NCBI GenBank assembly: GCA_963663965.2
Contig: CAXXFK010000028.1
Location: 544,001-608,000, forward strand
Source: Sedimentisphaerales bacterium
GTDB lineage: Bacteria > Planctomycetota > Phycisphaerae > Sedimentisphaerales > SM23-30
Length of the DNA stretch: 64,000 bases
Reading direction: 5' to 3'
Position numbers and translations under genes: made by a program. This document shows positions 60,403-64,000 of the stretch, in pieces (positions within the stretch are counted from its first letter, which is position 1; the number at the start of each line of letters is the position of its first letter). The notes beneath the pieces were generated by a model, which was not told where the DNA came from, made no database searches, and saw nothing but the letters and a program-made list of their open reading frames with translations.

Positions 60403-61333
60403 CCCTGTCTCAAAATCTTTCCTGATTGGCGTTCTCAGTTTATTGACCGTTGTGCTGCCGACCACACTCTTTGCTTTGGTCTATGATTATGGCGATGTTG
60501 TCCATGTGCAGAATACGCTCTATACGAGTATTTACGTTTATCAAAACGATTCGGTAATGACGCTGCAATTCGGCCGGCGGAATATGGATGCTGTGCAAAG
60601 TCAGGTGGATGTGGATAATCCCCGTCTGCACTTGCTGGAATATTCCGAGATGGTTTTCAGCGGGCTGCTCTATCAGTCCGAGCCGAACACTGTCCTGGTG
60701 CTTGGTCTGGGCGGCGGGGTGATCCCCCGCGAAATGCGGCATTATTTTCCCAACGCAACCATCGATATCGCCGAGATTGACCGGGAGATGCTGCCGATCG
60801 CTTCGAAGTATTTCAAGTTTCAGCCGGATGATCGTATGAAGGTGCATGTCGGGGACGGCCGCATGTTTGTCAAAAAACAGATGCGGCTCGATCCGGTCCC
60901 GAAATACGATTTTATTGTATTGGATGCATTTAACAGCGATTACATTCCCTTTCATCTGATGACCAAAGAGTTTCTGGATGAGCTGCAAGGGGTGCTGGCG
61001 GACGATGGCGTGATTGTGGCCAATGTGTTTTATACCAGTCAGCTTTTTGATGCTGAATTCAAAACATTTCTTGACGTTTTTGGGCGATGCCAGGTCTATT
61101 ACGGCAAGAACTCCAGCAACGCGATGATTGTATCGCCCGGGCCGGATGGTCCGGTCTTAACCGCTGAGGAAGCGGTTAAAAAGGCGGGCGAACTTCAGGA
61201 GAAACTGAAGTTATCGCTTAATCTGGTCCGGGTGGCAAAGTTGTTATCCCCTTATGCCAAGCCCCACCCGCGGGCCATCCCGCTGACGGATGACCGCGCC
61301 CCGGTGAATCGATTGCGGACCCAAAAACGGTAG
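60395..61333 (+). CDS. Spermidine synthase-like SAM-dependent transferase
   Basis: VLVLGLGGG, EID, GDGR, LDAF..IPFHLMTKEF and LTDDRAPV motifs. Confidence 0.85.
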   Translation: MTNPVSKSFLIGVLSLLTVVLPTTLFALVYDYGDVVHVQNTLYTSIYVYQNDSVMTLQFGRRNMDAVQSQVDVDNPRLHLLEYSEMVFSGLLYQSEPNTVLVLGLGGGVIPREMRHYFPNATIDIAEIDREMLPIASKYFKFQPDDRMKVHVGDGRMFVKKQMRLDPVPKYDFIVLDAFNSDYIPFHLMTKEFLDELQGVLADDGVIVANVFYTSQLFDAEFKTFLDVFGRCQVYYGKNSSNAMIVSPGPDGPVLTAEEAVKKAGELQEKLKLSLNLVRVAKLLSPYAKPHPRAIPLTDDRAPVNRLRTQKR

Positions 61334-61540
61334 GGTGGTCGAGCCGCGGCCTGATAAGAAGGGTTACGCATCAAGGCGCGACGACACGAAGAAAAGCAGA
61401 TAAAGAGAAGGCCACAGGGCGATCAAGCCGCAACCAAAGAAAAAATAGTTCACACAAAGCCGCAAAGCCGCAAAGATAAACAGCCATTTAGACAGGATCT
61501 CAGGATCGACAGGATAAAAAGTTCGGGACCATTAAAATAT

Positions 61541-62865
61541 GGCTCATCCGGTTAATGAGTAGTTTTGGTTATGGATATGATGGATCCGGAGATAGAAGTA
61601 TTCCTGATCGCGGTAGCCATGAGCCATTCGTTGCAGGAGGCCGATTTTACGGTTATTGACTTCGACTTTGCTGGTGCTGATGGGATGGTCATACCAATTG
61701 AGCAGGAAGGGTTTCCAGAGTTGCAGTTGTTTGGCGGCATCCAGCAGGATCCGAATCCCGCTGGTTTGCGCCTGGCTGATCCAGCGTTTAAGTTCCTGTT
61801 CAGCCAGCGGAGCCGTGATCGCATCAAAAAGGAGACGGAGCCGTTCTTTCATGTAATAGGCGGTGGCCAGCGGCTGGTTGAGTTGCAGAGCCTCCTGCAA
61901 CCGGTGCCGTTCATCTTTGGCGCTATCGGCATGGGATTTAAGGTTCTCCGGCGCTTTGAGCAGCAGCCAGCGGCTGCCTTTAAGTACCGCTTTGCCCATG
62001 GTATCGGCCTCCCGGTACAAATCCCGGCGTAAACTGGTCAGTTTGTCGTTAAACCATTTGACCAGATGAAAATGGTCCAGCACCAGTTTGGCTTGCGGCA
62101 GTTCTTTCAGGACACTGGTCATAAAACCACTGGCCATATCGGTAGCCACCGCGGCAATCACCGCCCGGCTGCGTCGGACACGCCCCCAGAATCCCACCAG
62201 GGCCTCTTGGCCTTTGCCCTGGCCGATATGCAAAATTTGACCGCTTTCCAGGTCGGTTACCAGCGAGATGTATTTGCTTTTCCTGCCCAGATACAATTCG
62301 TCAATCCCCAGATAACGAACCTTTTTCAGGGAAATCTTTCGGTACCGTCGACCTAGCCAGGACTTATGAATCGATTTGATGGTATCCCAGCTTAAGCCGG
62401 TCCGTCGGGCCACCTCTTGCAGGGAAGCCGCCTGACATAAATCGATGACATACCGTTCCAACGCATGGGTGTAATGCTTCTTGGGGTCGGCAAATGGCAG
62501 ATGAGGCTGACGAATGGCCCCGCACGCCTGACATTTCAATCGGGGAATAGTGACAAGCAACTCCATTTGACGCAGACCGGCAGGTACCATGGCAAACCTC
62601 CGGGCCTTGTGACCGAAGTAAATGAAATTACGGGAGTTACAACAAGGGCAACGCAGACTATCCGCCGGCAAGATGCCGTGAATCACGCTCTTGCCCGCAA
62701 AAATATTCTGTCTTTTGGTATTGAACACCTCGAACACCAAAAGTATGATACAACATACTTGTGGACATGACTTTAGCTCCTAATATGAGGTTTTATTTTT
62801 TTCCTCAAACAGTAAAGTCATGTCTCTCTTTTTGCAACATTAACTACTCATTTTTCGGAAGAACC
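61541..62865 (-). mobile_element. ISL3-family insertion sequence (1325 bp) with 8-bp TSD TAAAATAT
   Basis: 24-bp IRs starting GG (19/24 match); TSD at 61533-61540 and 62866-62873; empty site at 44053-44060. Confidence 0.93.
61544..62768 (-). CDS. ISL3 transposase with an apparent frameshift near 62700
   Basis: CPCC/CQAC zinc finger, LGIDE, ATDM, LDHFH and AHGYRD motifs; RBS-led start MSTSMLYHTFG at 62768 is out of frame by one base. Confidence 0.88.
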
Positions 62866-63684
62866 TAAAATATCTGGTAAGATGAAGTAATTACTTTGCT
62901 TATAAAACATAAGAACAAAAAAGCTTGCTCAGAAAAAAGAAATGGTGGATTGTAGTACGAATAATGCCACCCGGCCAGACCCAGATGCGATCAAGCGACC
63001 ATCGCAAGGCAGAAGTCCGAAAGGGCCGTCTCAGGAGGGCGGAGGTTGGCGGGTTGTTAAGACGATAGTGAACAAGCGGCGGTAAGGTCTTGATATTTAA
63101 TGAGATGGGTGGTGGGTTTTGGAGGTTTGGGTTTGTTTGGCCTGGGTCTTTATGTAAGGTCAGGGGGGCGTTGACAGGAGGAGGGGGGGCGGTTGGGCTT
63201 GTTCTGGTTGGGTATTCGCTGCGCTCATGGGTGGAGATGATCTTTCGCCTCCGGTGCGAAATCCTGGCGGTAGCGGTGCGGGGGAGAATGGTTGATTGGA
63301 TGGTTGTAACTTGTTGTTATGTCTATGGATATGGGTGATTTTGGCGATGTTGGGTTCGTTTCGCATCGGGTGGGGGTGATGGGTCGATTTGGGCGGCCCA
63401 GATGGGGTTTGTTGATGAAGAGAGAAGATTTTGATCACGATGAATCGTGGACTCCGTACAGGGGGGCTGGTGGGGATGTTAAAGATGATTGATATTCTGT
63501 GAAAATAATATTTATAATTCGGGTGGCGATGGGTATACTGGGGCATTGATCTATGAAATGGGAATCGAGTAGTTGTCCAGTGGGCTGGATGGGAATGGTT
63601 TTGTGGTTTCTGGTCTGCTGGGTGATGCTCCTGAAAGTTGAGATGATGGTGTTTGTGATGGTGCATGATTGGTTTCAAAAAAGC

Positions 63685-63870
63685 AATAGGTCTTATAGGT
63701 CATTGGAGGAAGGAAGCGGGAGAAGAATATTTGCACCACAGAGGTCACCGAGGGCGCAGAGGAACAGCTGGAGTGGGGGGATGATGGATAAAAAGGGATA
63801 TGAGTTTAAAAGAATCCGAAGAATATAACAGCCATTTTTAACCACGGAAAAACGCGGAAAGACACGGAAG
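63685..63870 (+). repeat. Cluster of units homologous to the 9.3-10.2 kb array
   Basis: 63757-63833 matches about 9862-9938; CCACGGAAAAACGCGGAAAGACACGGAAG matches 10118-10146. Confidence 0.85.
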
Positions 63871-63911
63871 AAATATAAATCCAGGAAATTATTTATTTCA
63901 GGAGATTGGTT

Positions 63912-64000
63912 ATGGCCCAGAATGGAGCCGGTTTGAAGTATGAGGATGAGATCTTTGCGGTGCGAGGGGCGGTGTTTGAGGTCTATCGAGAGATGGGGAA
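63912..64000 (+). CDS. GxxExxY family protein (N-terminus only, truncated by window end)
   Basis: Manual translation MAQNGAGLKYEDEIFAVRGAVFEVYREMG; AGGAG RBS; resembles GxxExxY N-termini but the motif itself lies beyond the window. Confidence 0.7.
   Translation, partial: MAQNGAGLKYEDEIFAVRGAVFEVYREMG

Noticed and set aside
63090..63828. ORFs 63090..63338, 63160..63678 and 63553..63828
   Set aside because: Low-complexity G/T-skewed sequence without recognisable coding signal
1..64000. tRNA or rRNA genes
   Set aside because: None recognised by eye; tRNAscan-SE and barrnap were not run

Overview
Bacterial chromosome segment, most likely a planctomycete of class Phycisphaerae. This is inferred from the sulfatases, the PEP-CTERM and dockerin-like secreted proteins, the L14 insertion and the absence of rpmD. 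The core is a complete S10-spc-alpha ribosomal protein cluster (17.8-33.8 kb). It is flanked by a uronate catabolism cluster (GH105/DUF4861, kduI, kduD, kdgK), three sulfatases, several large secreted glycan-active proteins and repeat-rich accessory patches. Main oddities: (1) uL22 carries an in-frame N-terminal XRE/Cro-like helix-turn-helix domain. (2) A ~900 bp non-coding array (9.28-10.19 kb) has units built from a recurring AACAGCC motif plus a unit-specific core repeated 2-3 times at 8-10 bp period; units recur across the window and directly upstream of a GxxExxY gene, and some contain nested palindromic insertions. (3) An orphan Rhs/Ntox46-like toxin-immunity pair is bracketed by inverted REP-like sequences next to a RAYT transposase. 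(4) An ISL3 element has its empty target site visible elsewhere in the window. (5) A low-GC subtilase gene sits between duplicated gene 3' ends. Single-base frameshifts in rpoA and the ISL3 transposase suggest homopolymer sequencing errors. All family calls are by eye; no searches were run.
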